Below are positions 30,001 to 45,000 of a DNA stretch of 64,000 bases, one piece after another (position 1 is the first letter of the stretch; each line of letters begins with the position of its first letter). This DNA is from Eledone cirrhosa. Its lineage: Eukaryota. The notes under the pieces are model-generated. The model had not been told where the DNA came from. It made no database searches and was given only the letters and a program-made list of their open reading frames with translations. The translations under genes were made by a program, and so were the position numbers. Location: positions 342,488,001 to 342,552,000 of the forward strand of contig OZ024740.1 of NCBI GenBank assembly GCA_964016885.1, given 5' to 3'.

Positions 30001-33000
30001 TTGCTTCTCTATCTTTGCCTGTAGTCCCCTTCTCCTATAACTTGGTTCTCTATCTTGCCTGTATTACCCCTCTCCTATAACTTGGTTCTGTATTTTGCCT
30101 GTAGTCCCCTTCTCCTATAACTTCGTTCTCTATCTTGCCTGTAGTACCCTTCTCCTATAACTTGGTTCTCTATCTTGCCTGTAGTCCTCTTCTCCTATAA
30201 CTTGGTTCTCTATCTTGCCTGTAGTACCCTTCTCCTATACCTTGGTTCTCTATCTTGCCTGTACTACGCTTCTGCTATAACCTGGTTCTCTATCTTGCCT
30301 GTAGTACCCTTCTCCTATAACTAGGTTCTCTATCTTGCCTGTAGTCCCCTTCTCCTATAACTTGGTTCTCTATCTTGCCTGTAGTACCCTTCTCCTATAA
30401 CTTGGTTCTCTATCTTGCCTGTAGTCCCCTTCTTCTATAACTTGGTTCTCTATCTTGCTTGTAGTACCCTTCTCCTATAACTTGGTTCCCTATCTTGCCT
30501 GTAGTACCCTTCTCCTATAAATTGGTTCTCTATCTTGCCTGTAGTGTCCTTCTCCTATAACTTGGTTCTCTATCTTGCCTGTAGTCCCCTTCTCCTATAA
30601 CTTGGTTCTGTATTTTGTCTGTAGTCCCCTTCTCCTATAACTTGGTTCTCTATCTTGCCTGTAGTCCCCTTCTCCTATAACTTGGTTCTCTATCTCACCT
30701 GTAGTACCCTTCTCCTATAACTTGGTTCTCTATCTTGCCTGTAGTCCCCTTCTCCTATAACTTGGTTCTCTATCTTGCCTGTAGTCCCCTTCTCCTATAA
30801 CTTGGTTCTCTATCTTGCCTGTTGTACCCTTCTCCTATAACTTGGTTCTCTATCTTGCCTGTAGTACCCTTCTCCTATAACTTGGTTCTGTATTTTGCCT
30901 GTAGTACCCTTCTCCTATAACTTGGTTCTCTATCTTGCCTGTAGTCCCCTTCTCCTATAACTTGGTTCTCTATCTTGCCTGTAGTCCCCTTCTCCTATAA
31001 CTTGGTTCTCTATCTTGCCTGTAGTACCCTTCTCCTATAACTTGGTTCTCTATCTTGCCTGTAGACCCCTTCTCCTATAACCTGGTTCTCTATCTTGCTT
31101 GTAGTCCCCTCCTCCTATAACTTGGTTCTCTATCTTGCCTGTAGTACCCTTCTCCTATAACTTGGTTCTGTATTTTGCCTGTAGTACCCTTCTCCTACAA
31201 CTTGGTTCTCTATCTTGCCTGTAGTCCCCTTCTCCTATAACTTGGTTCTCTATCTTGCCTGTAGTCCCCTTTTCCTATAACTTGGTTCCCTATCTTGCCT
31301 GTAGTCCCCTTCTCCTATAACTTGGTTCTCTATCTTACCTGTAGTACCCTTCTCCTATAACTTGGTTCTCTATCTTGCCTGTAGTCCCCTTCTCCTATAA
31401 CTTGGTTCTCTATCTTGCCTGTAGTCCCCTTCTCCTATAACTTGGTTCTGTATTTTGCCTGTAGTCTCCTTCTCCTATAACTTGGTTCTCTATCTTGCCT
31501 GTAGTACCCTTCTCCTATAACTTGGTTCTCTATCTTGCTTGTAGTACCCTTCTCCTATAACTTGGTTATCTATCTTGCCTGTAGTACCATTCTCCTATAA
31601 CTTGGTTCTCTATCTTGCCTATAGTACCCCTCTCCTATAACTTGCTTCTCTATCTTTGCCTGTAGTCCCCTTCTCCTATAACTTGGTTCTCTATCTTGCC
31701 TGTATTACCCCTCTCCTATAACTTGGTTCTGTATTTTGCCTGTAGTCCCCTTCTCCTATAACTTCGTTCTCTATCTTGCCTGTAGTACCCTTCTCCTATA
31801 ACTTGGTTCTCTATCTTGCCTGTAGTCCTCTTCTCCTATAACTTGGTTCTCTATCTTGCCTGTAGTACCCTTCTCCTATACCTTGGTTCTCTATCTTGCC
31901 TGTACTACGCTTCTGCTATAACCTGGTTCTCTATCTTGCCTGTAGTACCCTTCTCCTATAACTAGGTTCTCTATCTTGCCTGTAGTCCCCTTCTCCTATA
32001 ACTTGGTTCTCTATCTTGCCTGTAGTACCCTTCTCCTATAACTTGGTTCTCTATCTTGCCTGTAGTCCCCTTCTTCTATAACTTGGTTCTCTATCTTGCT
32101 TGTAGTACCCTTCTCCTATAACTTGGTTCCCTATCTTGCCTGTAGTACCCTTCTCCTATAAATTGGTTCTCTATCTTGCCTGTAGTGTCCTTCTCCTATA
32201 ACTTGGTTCTCTATCTTGCCTGTAGTCCCCTTCTCCTATAACTTGGTTCTGTATTTTGTCTGTAGTCCCCTTCTCCTATAACTTGGTTCTCTATCTTGCC
32301 TGTAGTCCCCTTCTCCTATAACTTGGTTCTCTATCTTGCCTGTAGTCCCCTTCTCCTATAACTTGCTTCTGTATTTTGTCTGTAGTCCCCTTCTCCTATA
32401 ACTTGCTTCTCTATCTTGCCTGTAGTACCCTTCTCCTATAACTTGGTTCTCTATCTTGCCTGTAATACCCTTCTCCTATAACTTGGTTCTGTATTTTGCC
32501 TGTAGTACCCTTCTCCTATAACTTGGTTCTCTATCTTGCCTGTAGTCCCCTTTTCCTATAACTTGGTTCCCTATCTTGCCTGTAGTCCCCTTCTCCTATA
32601 ACTTGGTTCTCTATCTTACCTGTAGTCTCCTTCTCCTATAACTTGGTTCTCTATCTTGCCTGTAGTACCCTTCTCCTATAACTTGGTTCTCTATCTTGCT
32701 TGTAGTACCCTTCTCCTATAACTTGGTTATCTATCTTGCCTGTAGTACCATTCTCCTATAACTTGGTTCTCTATCTTGCCTATAGTACCCCTCTCCTATA
32801 ACTTGCTTCTCTATCTTTGCCTGTAGTCCCCTTCTCCTATAACTTGGTTCTCTATCTTGCCTGTATTACCCCTCTCCTATAACTTGGTTCTGTATTTTGC
32901 CTGTAGTCCCCTTCTCCTATAACTTCGTTCTCTATCTTGCCTGTAGTACCCTTCTCCTATAACTTGGTTCTCTATCTTGTCTGTAGTCCCCTTCTTCTAT

Positions 33001-36000
33001 AACTTGGTTCTCTATCTTGCCTGTAGTGTCCTCCTCCTATAACTTGGTTCTCTATCTTGCCTGTAGTCCCCTTCTCCTATAACTTGGTTCTCTATCTCAC
33101 CTGTAGTACCCTTCTCCTATAACTTGGTTCTCTATCTTGCCTGTAGTCCCCTTCTCCTATAACTTGGTTCTCTATCTTGCCTGTAGTCCCCTTCTCCTAT
33201 AACTTGGTTCTCTATCTTGCCTGTTGTACCCTTCTCCTATAACTTGGTTCTCTATCTTGCCTGTAGTACCCTTCTCCTATAACTTGGTTCTGTATTTTGC
33301 CTGTAGTACCCTTCTCCTATAACTTGGTTCTCTATCTTGCCTGTAGTCCCCTTCTCCTATAACTTGGTTCTCTATCTTGCCTGTAGTCCCCTTCTCCTAT
33401 AACTTGGTTCTCTATCTTGCCTGTAGTACCCTTCTCCTATAACTTGGTTCTCTATCTTGCCTGTAGACCCCTTCTCCTATAACCTGGTTCTCTATCTTGC
33501 TTGTAGTCCCCTCCTCCTATAACTTGGTTCTCTATCTTGCCTGTAGTACCCTTCTCCTATAACTTGGTTCTGTATTTTGCCTGTAGTACCCTTCTCCTAC
33601 AACTTGGTTCTCTATCTTGCCTGTAGTCCCCTTCTCCTATAACTTGGTTCTCTATCTTGCCTGTAGTCCCCTTTTCCTATAACTTGGTTCCCTATCTTGC
33701 CTGTAGTCCCCTTCTCCTATAACTTGGTTCTCTATCTTACCTGTAGTACCCTTCTCCTATAACTTGGTTCTCTATCTTGCCTGTAGTCCCCTTCTCCTAT
33801 AACTTGGTTCTCTATCTTGCCTGTAGTCCCCTTCTCCTATAACTTGGTTCTGTATTTTGCCTGTAGTCTCCTTCTCCTATAACTTGGTTCTCTATCTTGC
33901 CTGTAGTACCCTTCTCCTATAACTTGGTTCTCTATCTTGCTTGTAGTACCCTTCTCCTATAACTTGGTTATCTATCTTGCCTGTAGTACCATTCTCCTAT
34001 AACTTGGTTCTCTATCTTGCCTATAGTACCCCTCTCCTATAACTTGCTTCTCTATCTTTGCCTGTAGTCCCCTTCTCCTATAACTTGGTTCTCTATCTTG
34101 CCTGTATTACCCCTCTCCTATAACTTGGTTCTGTATTTTGCCTGTAGTCCCCTTCTCCTATAACTTCGTTCTCTATCTTGCCTGTAGTACCCTTCTCCTA
34201 TAACTTGGTTCTCTATCTTGCCTGTAGTCCTCTTCTCCTATAACTTGGTTCTCTATCTTGCCTGTAGTACCCTTCTCCTATACCTTGGTTCTCTATCTTG
34301 CCTGTACTACGCTTCTGCTATAACCTGGTTCTCTATCTTGCCTGTAGTACCCTTCTCCTATAACTAGGTTCTCTATCTTGCCTGTAGTCCCCTTCTCCTA
34401 TAACTTGGTTCTCTATCTTGCCTGTAGTACCCTTCTCCTATAACTTGGTTCTCTATCTTGCCTGTAGTCCCCTTCTTCTATAACTTGGTTCTCTATCTTG
34501 CTTGTAGTACCCTTCTCCTATAACTTGGTTCCCTATCTTGCCTGTAGTACCCTTCTCCTATAAATTGGTTCTCTATCTTGCCTGTAGTGTCCTTCTCCTA
34601 TAACTTGGTTCTCTATCTTGCCTGTAGTCCCCTTCTCCTATAACTTGGTTCTGTATTTTGTCTGTAGTCCCCTTCTCCTATAACTTGGTTCTCTATCTTG
34701 CCTGTAGTCTCCTTCTCCTATAACTTGGTTCTCTATCTTGCCTGTAGTCCCCTTCTCCTATAACTTGCTTCTGTATTTTGTCTGTAGTCCCCTTCTCCTA
34801 TAACTTGCTTCTCTATCTTGCCTGTAGTACCCTTCTCCTATAACTTGGTTCTCTATCTTGCCTGTAATACCCTTCTCCTATAACTTGGTTCTGTATTTTG
34901 CCTGTAGTACCCTTCTCCTATAACTTGGTTCTCTATCTTGCCTGTACTCCCCTTCTCCTATAACTTGGTTCTCTATCTTGCCTGTAGTCCCCTTCTCCTA
35001 TAACTTGGTTCTCTATCTTGCCTGTAGTACCATTCTCCTATAACTTGGTTCTCTATCTTGCCTGTAGTCCCCTTCTCCTATAACTTGGTTCTGTATTTTG
35101 CCTGTAGTCCCCTTCTCCTATAACTTCGTTCTCTATCTTGCCTGTAGTCCCTTTCTCCTATAACTTGGTTCTCTATCTTGCCTGTAGTCCCCTTCTCCTA
35201 TAACTTGGTTCTCTATCTTTCCTGTAGTACCCTTCTCCTATAACTTGGTTCTCTATCTTGCCTGTAGTCCCCTTCTCCTATAACTTGGTTCTCTATCTTG
35301 CCTGTAGTACCCTTCTCCTATAACTTGGTTCTCTATCTTGTCTGTAGTCCCCTTCTTCTATAACTTGGTTCTCTATCTTGCCTGTAGTGTCCTCCTCCTA
35401 TAACTTGGTTCTCTATCTTTCCTGTAGTCCCCTTCTCCTATAACTTGGTTCTCTATCTCACCTGTAGTACCCTTCTCCTATAACTTGGTTCTCTATCTTG
35501 CCTGTAGTCCCCTTCTCCTATAACTTGGTTCTCTATCTTGCCTGTTGTACCCTTCTCCTATAACTTGGTTCTCTATCTTGCCTGTAGTACCCTTCTCCTA
35601 TAACTTGGTTCTCTATCTTGCCTGTAGTCCCCTTCTTCTATAACTTGGTTCTCTATCTTGCCTGTAGTGTCCTCCTCCTATAACTTGGTTCTCTATCTTT
35701 CCTGTAGTCCCCTTCTCCTATAACTTGGTTCTCTATCTTGCTTGTAGTACCCTTCTCCTATAACTTGGTTATCTATCTTGCCTGTAGTACCATTCTCCTA
35801 TAACTTGGTTCTCTATCTTGCCTATAGTACCCCTCTCCTATAACTTGCTTCTCTATCTTTGCCTGTAGTCCCCTTCTCCTATAACTTGGTTCTCTATCTT
35901 GCCTGTATTACCCCTCTCCTATAACTTGGTTCTGTATTTTGCCTGTAGTCCCCTTCTCCTATAACTTCGTTCTCTATCTTGCCTGTAGTACCCTTCTCCT

Positions 36001-39000
36001 ATAACTTGGTTCTCTATCTTGTCTGTAGTCCCCTTCTTCTATAACTTGGTTCTCTATCTTGCCTGTAGTGTCCTCCTCCTATAACTTGGTTCTCTATCTT
36101 GCCTGTAGTCCCCTTCTCCTATAACTTGGTTCTCTATCTCACCTGTAGTACCCTTCTCCTATAACTTGGTTCTCTATCTTGCCTGTAGTCCCCTTCTCCT
36201 ATAACTTGGTTCTCTATCTTGCCTGTAGTCCCCTTCTCCTATAACTTGGTTCTCTATCTTGCCTGTTGTACCCTTCTCCTATAACTTGGTTCTCTATCTT
36301 GCCTGTAGTACCCTTCTCCTATAACTTGGTTCTGTATTTTGCCTGTAGTACCCTTCTCCTATAACTTGGTTCTCTATCTTGCCTGTAGTCCCCTTCTCCT
36401 ATAACTTGGTTCTCTATCTTGCCTGTAGTCCCCTTCTCCTATAACTTGGTTCTCTATCTTGCCTGTAGTACCCTTCTCCTATAACTTGGTTCTCTATCTT
36501 GCCTGTAGACCCCTTCTCCTATAACCTGGTTCTCTATCTTGCTTGTAGTCCCCTCCTCCTATAACTTGGTTCTCTATCTTGCCTGTAGTACCCTTCTCCT
36601 ATAACTTGGTTCTGTATTTTGCCTGTAGTACCCTTCTCCTACAACTTGGTTCTCTATCTTGCCTGTAGTCCCCTTCTCCTATAACTTGGTTCTCTATCTT
36701 GCCTGTAGTCCCCTTTTCCTATAACTTGGTTCCCTATCTTGCCTGTAGTCCCCTTCTCCTATAACTTGGTTCTCTATCTTACCTGTAGTACCCTTCTCCT
36801 ATAACTTGGTTCTCTATCTTGCCTGTAGTCTCCTTCTCCTATAACTTGGTTCTCTATCTTGCCTGTAGTCCCCTTCTCCTATAACTTGGTTCTGTATTTT
36901 GCCTGTAGTCTCCTTCTCCTATAACTTGGTTCTCTATCTTGCCTGTAGTACCCTTCTCCTATAACTTGGTTCTCTATCTTGCTTGTAGTACCCTTCTCCT
37001 ATAACTTGGTTATCTATCTTGCCTGTAGTACCATTCTCCTATAACTTGGTTCTCTATCTTGCCTATAGTACCCCTCTCCTATAACTTGCTTCTCTATCTT
37101 TGCCTGTAGTCCCCTTCTCCTATAACTTGGTTCTCTATCTTGCCTGTATTACCCCTCTCCTATAACTTGGTTCTGTATTTTGCCTGTAGTCCCCTTCTCC
37201 TATAACTTCGTTCTCTATCTTGCCTGTAGTACCCTTCTCCTATAACTTGGTTCTCTATCTTGCCTGTAGTCCTCTTCTCCTATAACTTGGTTCTCTATCT
37301 TGCCTGTAGTACCCTTCTCCTATACCTTGGTTCTCTATCTTGCCTGTACTACGCTTCTGCTATAACCTGGTTCTCTATCTTGCCTGTAGTACCCTTCTCC
37401 TATAACTAGGTTCTCTATCTTGCCTGTAGTCCCCTTCTCCTATAACTTGGTTCTCTATCTTGCCTGTAGTACCCTTCTCCTATAACTTGGTTCTCTATCT
37501 TGCCTGTAGTCCCCTTCTTCTATAACTTGGTTCTCTATCTTGCTTGTAGTACCCTTCTCCTATAACTTGGTTCCCTATCTTGCCTGTAGTACCCTTCTCC
37601 TATAAATTGGTTCTCTATCTTGCCTGTAGTGTCCTTCTCCTATAACTTGGTTCTCTATCTTGCCTGTAGTCCCCTTCTCCTATAACTTGGTTCTGTATTT
37701 TGTCTGTAGTCCCCTTCTCCTATAACTTGGTTCTCTATCTTGCCTGTAGTCCCCTTCTCCTATAACTTGGTTCTCTATCTTGCCTGTAGTCCCCTTCTCC
37801 TATAACTTGCTTCTGTATTTTGTCTGTAGTCCCCTTCTCCTATAACTTGCTTCTCTATCTTGCCTGTAGTACCCTTCTCCTATAACTTGGTTCTCTATCT
37901 TGCCTGTAATACCCTTCTCCTATAACTTGGTTCTGTATTTTGCCTGTAGTACCCTTCTCCTATAACTTGGTTCTCTATCTTGCCTGTAGTCCCCTTTTCC
38001 TATAACTTGGTTCCCTATCTTGCCTGTAGTCCCCTTCTCCTATAACTTGGTTCTCTATCTTACCTGTAGTCTCCTTCTCCTATAACTTGATTCTCTATCT
38101 TGCCTGTAGTACCCTTCTCCTATAACTTGGTTCTCTATCTTGCTTGTAGTACCCTTCTCCTATAACTTGGTTATCTATCTTGCCTGTAGTACCATTCTCC
38201 TATAACTTGGTTCTCTATCTTGCCTATAGTACCCCTCTCCTATAACTTGCTTCTCTATCTTTGCCTGTAGTCCCCTTCTCCTATAACTTGGTTCTCTATC
38301 TTGCCTGTATTACCCCTCTCCTATAACTTGGTTCTGTATTTTGCCTGTAGTCCCCTTCTCCTATAACTTCGTTCTCTATCTTGCCTGTAGTACCCTTCTC
38401 CTATAACTTGGTTCTCTATCTTGTCTGTAGTCCCCTTCTTCTATAACTTGGTTCTCTATCTTGCCTGTAGTGTCCTCCTCCTATAACTTGGTTCTCTATC
38501 TTGCCTGTAGTCCCCTTCTCCTATAACTTGGTTCTCTATCTCACCTGTAGTACCCTTCTCCTATAACTTGGTTCTCTATCTTGCCTGTAGTCCCCTTCTC
38601 CTATAACTTGGTTCTCTATCTTGCCTGTAGTCCCCTTCTCCTATAACTTGGTTCTCTATCTTGCCTGTTGTACCCTTCTCCTATAACTTGGTTCTCTATC
38701 TTGCCTGTAGTACCCTTCTCCTATAACTTGGTTCTGTATTTTGCCTGTAGTACCCTTCTCCTATAACTTGGTTCTCTATCTTGCCTGTAGTCCCCTTCTC
38801 CTATAACTTGGTTCTCTATCTTGCCTGTAGTCCCCTTCTCCTATAACTTGGTTCTCTATCTTGCCTGTAGTACCCTTCTCCTATAACTTGGTTCTCTATC
38901 TTGCCTGTAGACCCCTTCTCCTATAACCTGGTTCTCTATCTTGCTTGTAGTCCCCTCCTCCTATAACTTGGTTCTCTATCTTGCCTGTAGTACCCTTCTC

Positions 39001-42000
39001 CTATAACTTGGTTCTGTATTTTGCCTGTAGTACCCTTCTCCTACAACTTGGTTCTCTATCTTGCCTGTAGTCCCCTTCTCCTATAACTTGGTTCTCTATC
39101 TTGCCTGTAGTCCCCTTTTCCTATAACTTGGTTCCCTATCTTGCCTGTAGTCCCCTTCTCCTATAACTTGGTTCTCTATCTTACCTGTAGTACCCTTCTC
39201 CTATAACTTGGTTCTCTATCTTGCCTGTAGTCCCCTTCTCCTATAACTTGGTTCTCTATCTTGCCTGTAGTCCCCTTCTCCTATAACTTGGTTCTGTATT
39301 TTGCCTGTAGTCTCCTTCTCCTATAACTTGGTTCTCTATCTTGCCTGTAGTACCCTTCTCCTATAACTTGGTTCTCTATCTTGCTTGTAGTACCCTTCTC
39401 CTATAACTTGGTTATCTATCTTGCCTGTAGTACCATTCTCCTATAACTTGGTTCTCTATCTTGCCTATAGTACCCCTCTCCTATAACTTGCTTCTCTATC
39501 TTTGCCTGTAGTCCCCTTCTCCTATAACTTGGTTCTCTATCTTGCCTGTATTACCCCTCTCCTATAACTTGGTTCTGTATTTTGCCTGTAGTCCCCTTCT
39601 CCTATAACTTCGTTCTCTATCTTGCCTGTAGTACCCTTCTCCTATAACTTGGTTCTCTATCTTGCCTGTAGTCCTCTTCTCCTATAACTTGGTTCTCTAT
39701 CTTGCCTGTAGTACCCTTCTCCTATACCTTGGTTCTCTATCTTGCCTGTACTACGCTTCTGCTATAACCTGGTTCTCTATCTTGCCTGTAGTACCCTTCT
39801 CCTATAACTAGGTTCTCTATCTTGCCTGTAGTCCCCTTCTCCTATAACTTGGTTCTCTATCTTGCCTGTAGTACCCTTCTCCTATAACTTGGTTCTCTAT
39901 CTTGCCTGTAGTCCCCTTCTCCTATAACTTGGTTCTCTATCTTGCTTGTAGTACCCTTCTCCTATAACTTGGTTCCCTATCTTGCCTGTAGTACCCTTCT
40001 CCTATAAATTGGTTCTCTATCTTGCCTGTAGTGTCCTTCTCCTATAACTTGGTTCTCTATCTTGCCTGTAGTCCCCTTCTCCTATAACTTGGTTCTGTAT
40101 TTTGTCTGTAGTCCCCTTCTCCTATAACTTGGTTCTCTATCTTGCCTGTAGTCCCCTTCTCCTATAACTTGGTTCTCTATCTTGCCTGTAGTCCCCTTCT
40201 CCTATAACTTGCTTCTGTATTTTGTCTGTAGTCCCCTTCTCCTATAACTTGCTTCTCTATCTTGCCTGTAGTACCCTTCTCCTATAACTTGGTTCTCTAT
40301 CTTGCCTGTAATACCCTTCTCCTATAACTTGGTTCTGTATTTTGCCTGTAGTACCCTTCTCCTATAACTTGGTTCTCTATCTTGCCTGTACTCCCCTTCT
40401 CCTATAACTTGGTTCTCTATCTTGCCTGTAGTCCCCTTCTCCTATAACTTGGTTCTCTATCTTGCCTGTAGTACCATTCTCCTATAACTTGGTTCTCTAT
40501 CTTGCCTGTAGTCCCCTTCTCCTATAACTTGGTTCTGTATTTTGCCTGTAGTCCCCTTCTCCTATAACTTCGTTCTCTATCTTGCCTGTAGTCCCTTTCT
40601 CCTATAACTTGGTTCTCTATCTTGCCTGTAGTCCCCTTCTCCTATAACTTGGTTCTCTATCTTGCCTGTAGTACCCTTCTCCTATAACTTGGTTCTCTAT
40701 CTTGCCTGTAGTCCCCTTCTCCTATAACTTGGTTCTCTATCTTGCCTCTAGTACCCTTCTCCTATAACTTGGTTCTCTATCTTGTCTGTAGTCCCCTTCT
40801 TCTATAACTTGGTTCTCTATCTTGCCTGTAGTGTCCTCCTCCTATAACTTGGTTCTCTATCTTTCCTGTAGTCCCCTTCTCCTATAACTTGGTTCTCTAT
40901 CTCACCTGTAGTACCCTTCTCCTATAACTTGGTTCTCTATCTTGCCTGTAGTCCCCTTCTCCTATAACTTGGTTCTCTATCTTGCCTGTTGTACCCTTCT
41001 CCTATAACTTGGTTCTCTATCTTGCCTGTAGTACCCTTCTCCTATAACTTGGTTCTCTATCTTGCCTGTATTACCCCTCTCCTATAACTTGGTTCTGTAT
41101 TTTGCCTGTAGTCCCCTTCTCCTATAACTTCGTTCTCTATCTTGCCTGTAGTGTCCTCCTCCTATAACTTGGTTCTCTATCTTGCCTGTAGTCCCCTTCT
41201 CCTATAACTTGGTTCTCTATCTCACCTGTAGTACCCTTCTCCTATAACTTGGTTCTCTATCTTGCCTGTAGTCCCCTTCTCCTATAACTTGGTTCTCTAT
41301 CTTGCCTGTAGTCCCCTTCTCCTATAACTTGGTTCTCTATCTTGCCTGTTGTACCCTTCTCCTATAACTTGGTTCTCTATCTTGCCTGTAGTACCCTTCT
41401 CCTATAACTTGGTTCTGTATTTTGCCTGTAGTACCCTTCTCCTATAACTTGGTTCTCTATCTTGCCTGTAGTCCCCTTCTCCTATAACTTGGTTCTCTAT
41501 CTTGCCTGTAGTCCCCTTCTCCTATAACTTGGTTCTCTATCTTGCCTGTAGTACCCTTCTCCTATAACTTGGTTCTCTATCTTGCCTGTAGACCCCTTCT
41601 CCTATAACCTGGTTCTCTATCTTGCTTGTAGTCCCCTCCTCCTATAACTTGGTTCTCTATCTTGCCTGTAGTACCCTTCTCCTATAACTTGGTTCTGTAT
41701 TTTGCCTGTAGTACCCTTCTCCTACAACTTGGTTCTCTATCTTGCCTGTAGTCCCCTTCTCCTATAACTTGGTTCTCTATCTTGCCTGTAGTCCCCTTCT
41801 CCTATAACTTGGTTCCCTATCTTGCCTGTAGTCCCCTTCTCCTATAACTTGGTTCTCTATCTTACCTGTAGTACCCTTCTCCTATAACTTGGTTCTCTAT
41901 CTTGCCTGTAGTCCCCTTCTCCTATAACTTGGTTCTCTATCTTGCCTGTAGTCCCCTTCTCCTATAACTTGGTTCTGTATTTTGCCTGTAGTCTCCTTCT

Positions 42001-45000
42001 CCTATAACTTGGTTCTCTATCTTGCCTGTAGTACCCTTCTCCTATAACTTGGTTCTCTATCTTGCTTGTAGTACCCTTCTCCTATAACTTGGTTATCTAT
42101 CTTGCCTGTAGTACCATTCTCCTATAACTTGGTTCTCTATCTTGCCTATAGTACCCCTCTCCTATAACTTGCTTCTCTATCTTTGCCTGTAGTCCCCTTC
42201 TCCTATAACTTGGTTCTCTATCTTGCCTGTATTACCCCTCTCCTATAACTTGGTTCTGTATTTTGCCTGTAGTCCCCTTCTCCTATAACTTCGTTCTCTA
42301 TCTTGCCTGTAGTACCCTTCTCCTATAACTTGGTTCTCTATCTTGCCTGTAGTCCTCTTCTCCTATAACTTGGTTCTCTATCTTGCCTGTAGTACCCTTC
42401 TCCTATACCTTGGTTCTCTATCTTGCCTGTAGTACGCTTCTGCTATAACCTGGTTCTCTATCTTGCCTGTAGTACCCTTCTCCTATAACTAGGTTCTCTA
42501 TCTTGCCTGTAGTCCCCTTCTCCTATAACTTGGTTCTCTATCTTGCCTGTAGTACCCTTCTCCTATAACTTGGTTCTCTATCTTGCCTGTAGTCCCCTTC
42601 TTCTATAACTTGGTTCTCTATCTTGCTTGTAGTACCCTTCTCCTATAACTTGGTTCCCTATCTTGCCTGTAGTACCCTTCTCCTATAAATTGGTTCTCTA
42701 TCTTGCCTGTAGTGTCCTTCTCCTATAACTTGGTTCTCTATCTTGCCTGTAGTCCCCTTCTCCTATAACTTGGTTCTGTATTTTGTCTGTAGTCCCCTTC
42801 TCCTATAACTTGGTTCTCTATCTTGCCTGTAGTCCCCTTCTCCTATAACTTGGTTCTCTATCTTGCCTGTAGTCCCCTTCTCCTATAACTTGCTTCTGTA
42901 TTTTGTCTGTAGTCCCCTTCTCCTATAACTTGCTTCTCTATCTTGCCTGTAGTACCCTTCTCCTATAACTTGGTTCTCTATCTTGCCTGTAATACCCTTC
43001 TCCTATAACTTGGTTCTGTATTTTGCCTGTAGTACCCTTCTCCTATAACTTGGTTCTCTATCTTGCCTGTACTCCCCTTCTCCTATAACTTGGTTCTCTA
43101 TCTTGCCTGTAGTCCCCTTCTCCTATAACTTGGTTCTCTATCTTGCCTGTAGTACCCTTCTCCTATAACTTGGTTCTCTATCTTGCCTGTAGTCCCCTTC
43201 TCCTATAACTTGGTTCTGTATTTTGCCTGTAGTCCCCTTCTCCTATAACTTCGTTCTCTATCTTGCCTGTAGTCCCTTTCTCCTATAACTTGGTTCTCTA
43301 TCTTGCCTGTAGTCCCCTTCTCCTATAACTTGGTTCTCTATCTTGCCTGTAGTACCCTTCTCCTATAACTTGGTTCTCTATCTTGCCTGTAGTCCCCTTC
43401 TCCTATAACTTGGTTCTCTATCTTGCCTGTAGTACCCTTCTCCTATAACTTGGTTCTCTATCTTGTCTGTAGTCCCCTTCTTCTATAACTTGGTTCTCTA
43501 TCTTGCCTGTAGTGTCCTCCTCCTATAACTTGGTTCTCTATCTTTCCTGTAGTCCCCTTCTCCTATAACTTGGTTCTCTATCTCACCTGTAGTACCCTTC
43601 TCCTATAACTTGGTTCTCTATCTTGCCTGTAGTCCCCTTCTCCTATAACTTGGTTCTCTATCTTGCCTGTAGTCCCCTTCTCCTATAACTTGGTTCTCTA
43701 TCTTGTCTGTAGTACCCTTCTCCTATAACTTGGTTCTCTATCTTGCCTGTAGTACCCTTCTCCTATAACTTGGTTCTGTATTTTGCCTGTAGTACCCTTC
43801 TCCTATAACTTGGTTCTCTATCTTGCCTGTAGTCCCCTTCTCCTATAACTTGGTTCTCTATCTTGCCTGTAGTCCCCTTCTCCTATAACTTGGTTCTCTA
43901 TCTTGCCTGTAGTACCCTTCTCCTATAACTTGGTTCTCTATCTTGCCTGTAGACCCCTTCTCCTATAACCTGGTTCTCTATCTTGCTTGTAGTCCCCTTC
44001 TCCTATAACTTGGTTCTCTATCTTGCCTGTAGTACCCTTCTCCTATAACTTGGTTCTGTATTTTGCCTGTAGTACCCTTCTCCTACAACTTGGTTCTCTA
44101 TCTTGCCTGTAGTCCCCTTCTCCTATAACTTGGTTCTCTATCTTGCCTGTAGTCCCCTTCTCCTATAACTTCGTTCCCTATCTTGCCTGTAGTCCCCTTC
44201 TCCTATAACTTGGTTCTCTATCTTACCTGTAGTACCCTTCTCCTATAACTTGGTTCTCTATCTTGCCTGTAGTCCCCTTCTCCTATAACTTGGTTCTCTA
44301 TCTTGCCTGTAGTCCCCTTCTCCTATAACTTGGTTCTGTATTTTACCTGTAGTCTCCTTCTCCTATAACTTGGTTCTCTATCTTGCCTGTAGTACCCTTC
44401 TCCTATAACTTGGTTCTCTATCTTGCTTGTAGTACCCTTCTCCTATAACTTGGTTATCTATCTTGCCTGTACTCCCCTTCTCCTATAACTTGGTTCTCTA
44501 TCTTGCCTGTATTACCCCTCTCCTATAACTTGGTTCTGTATTTTGCCTGTAGTCCCCTTCTCCTATAACTTCGTTCTCTATCTTGCCTGTAGTACCCTTC
44601 TCCTATAACTTGGTTCTCTATCTTGTCTGTAGTCCCCTTCTTCTATAACTTGGTTCTCTATCTTGCCTGTAGTGTCCTCCTCCTATAACTTGGTTCTCTA
44701 TCTTGCCTGTAGTCCCCTTCTCCTATAACTTGGTTCTCTATCTTACCTGTAGTACCCTTCTCCTATAACTTGGTTCTCTATCTTGCCTGTAGTCCCCTTC
44801 TCCTATAACTTGGTTCTGTATTTTGCCTGTAGTACCCTTCTCCTATAACTTGGTTCTCTATCTTGTCTGTAGTCCCCTTCTTCTATAACTTGGTTCTCTA
44901 TCTTGCCTGTAGTGTCCTCCTCCTATAACTTGGTTCTCTATCTTGCCTGTAGTCCCCTTCTCCTATAACTTGGTTCTCTATCTTGCCTGTAGTACCCTTC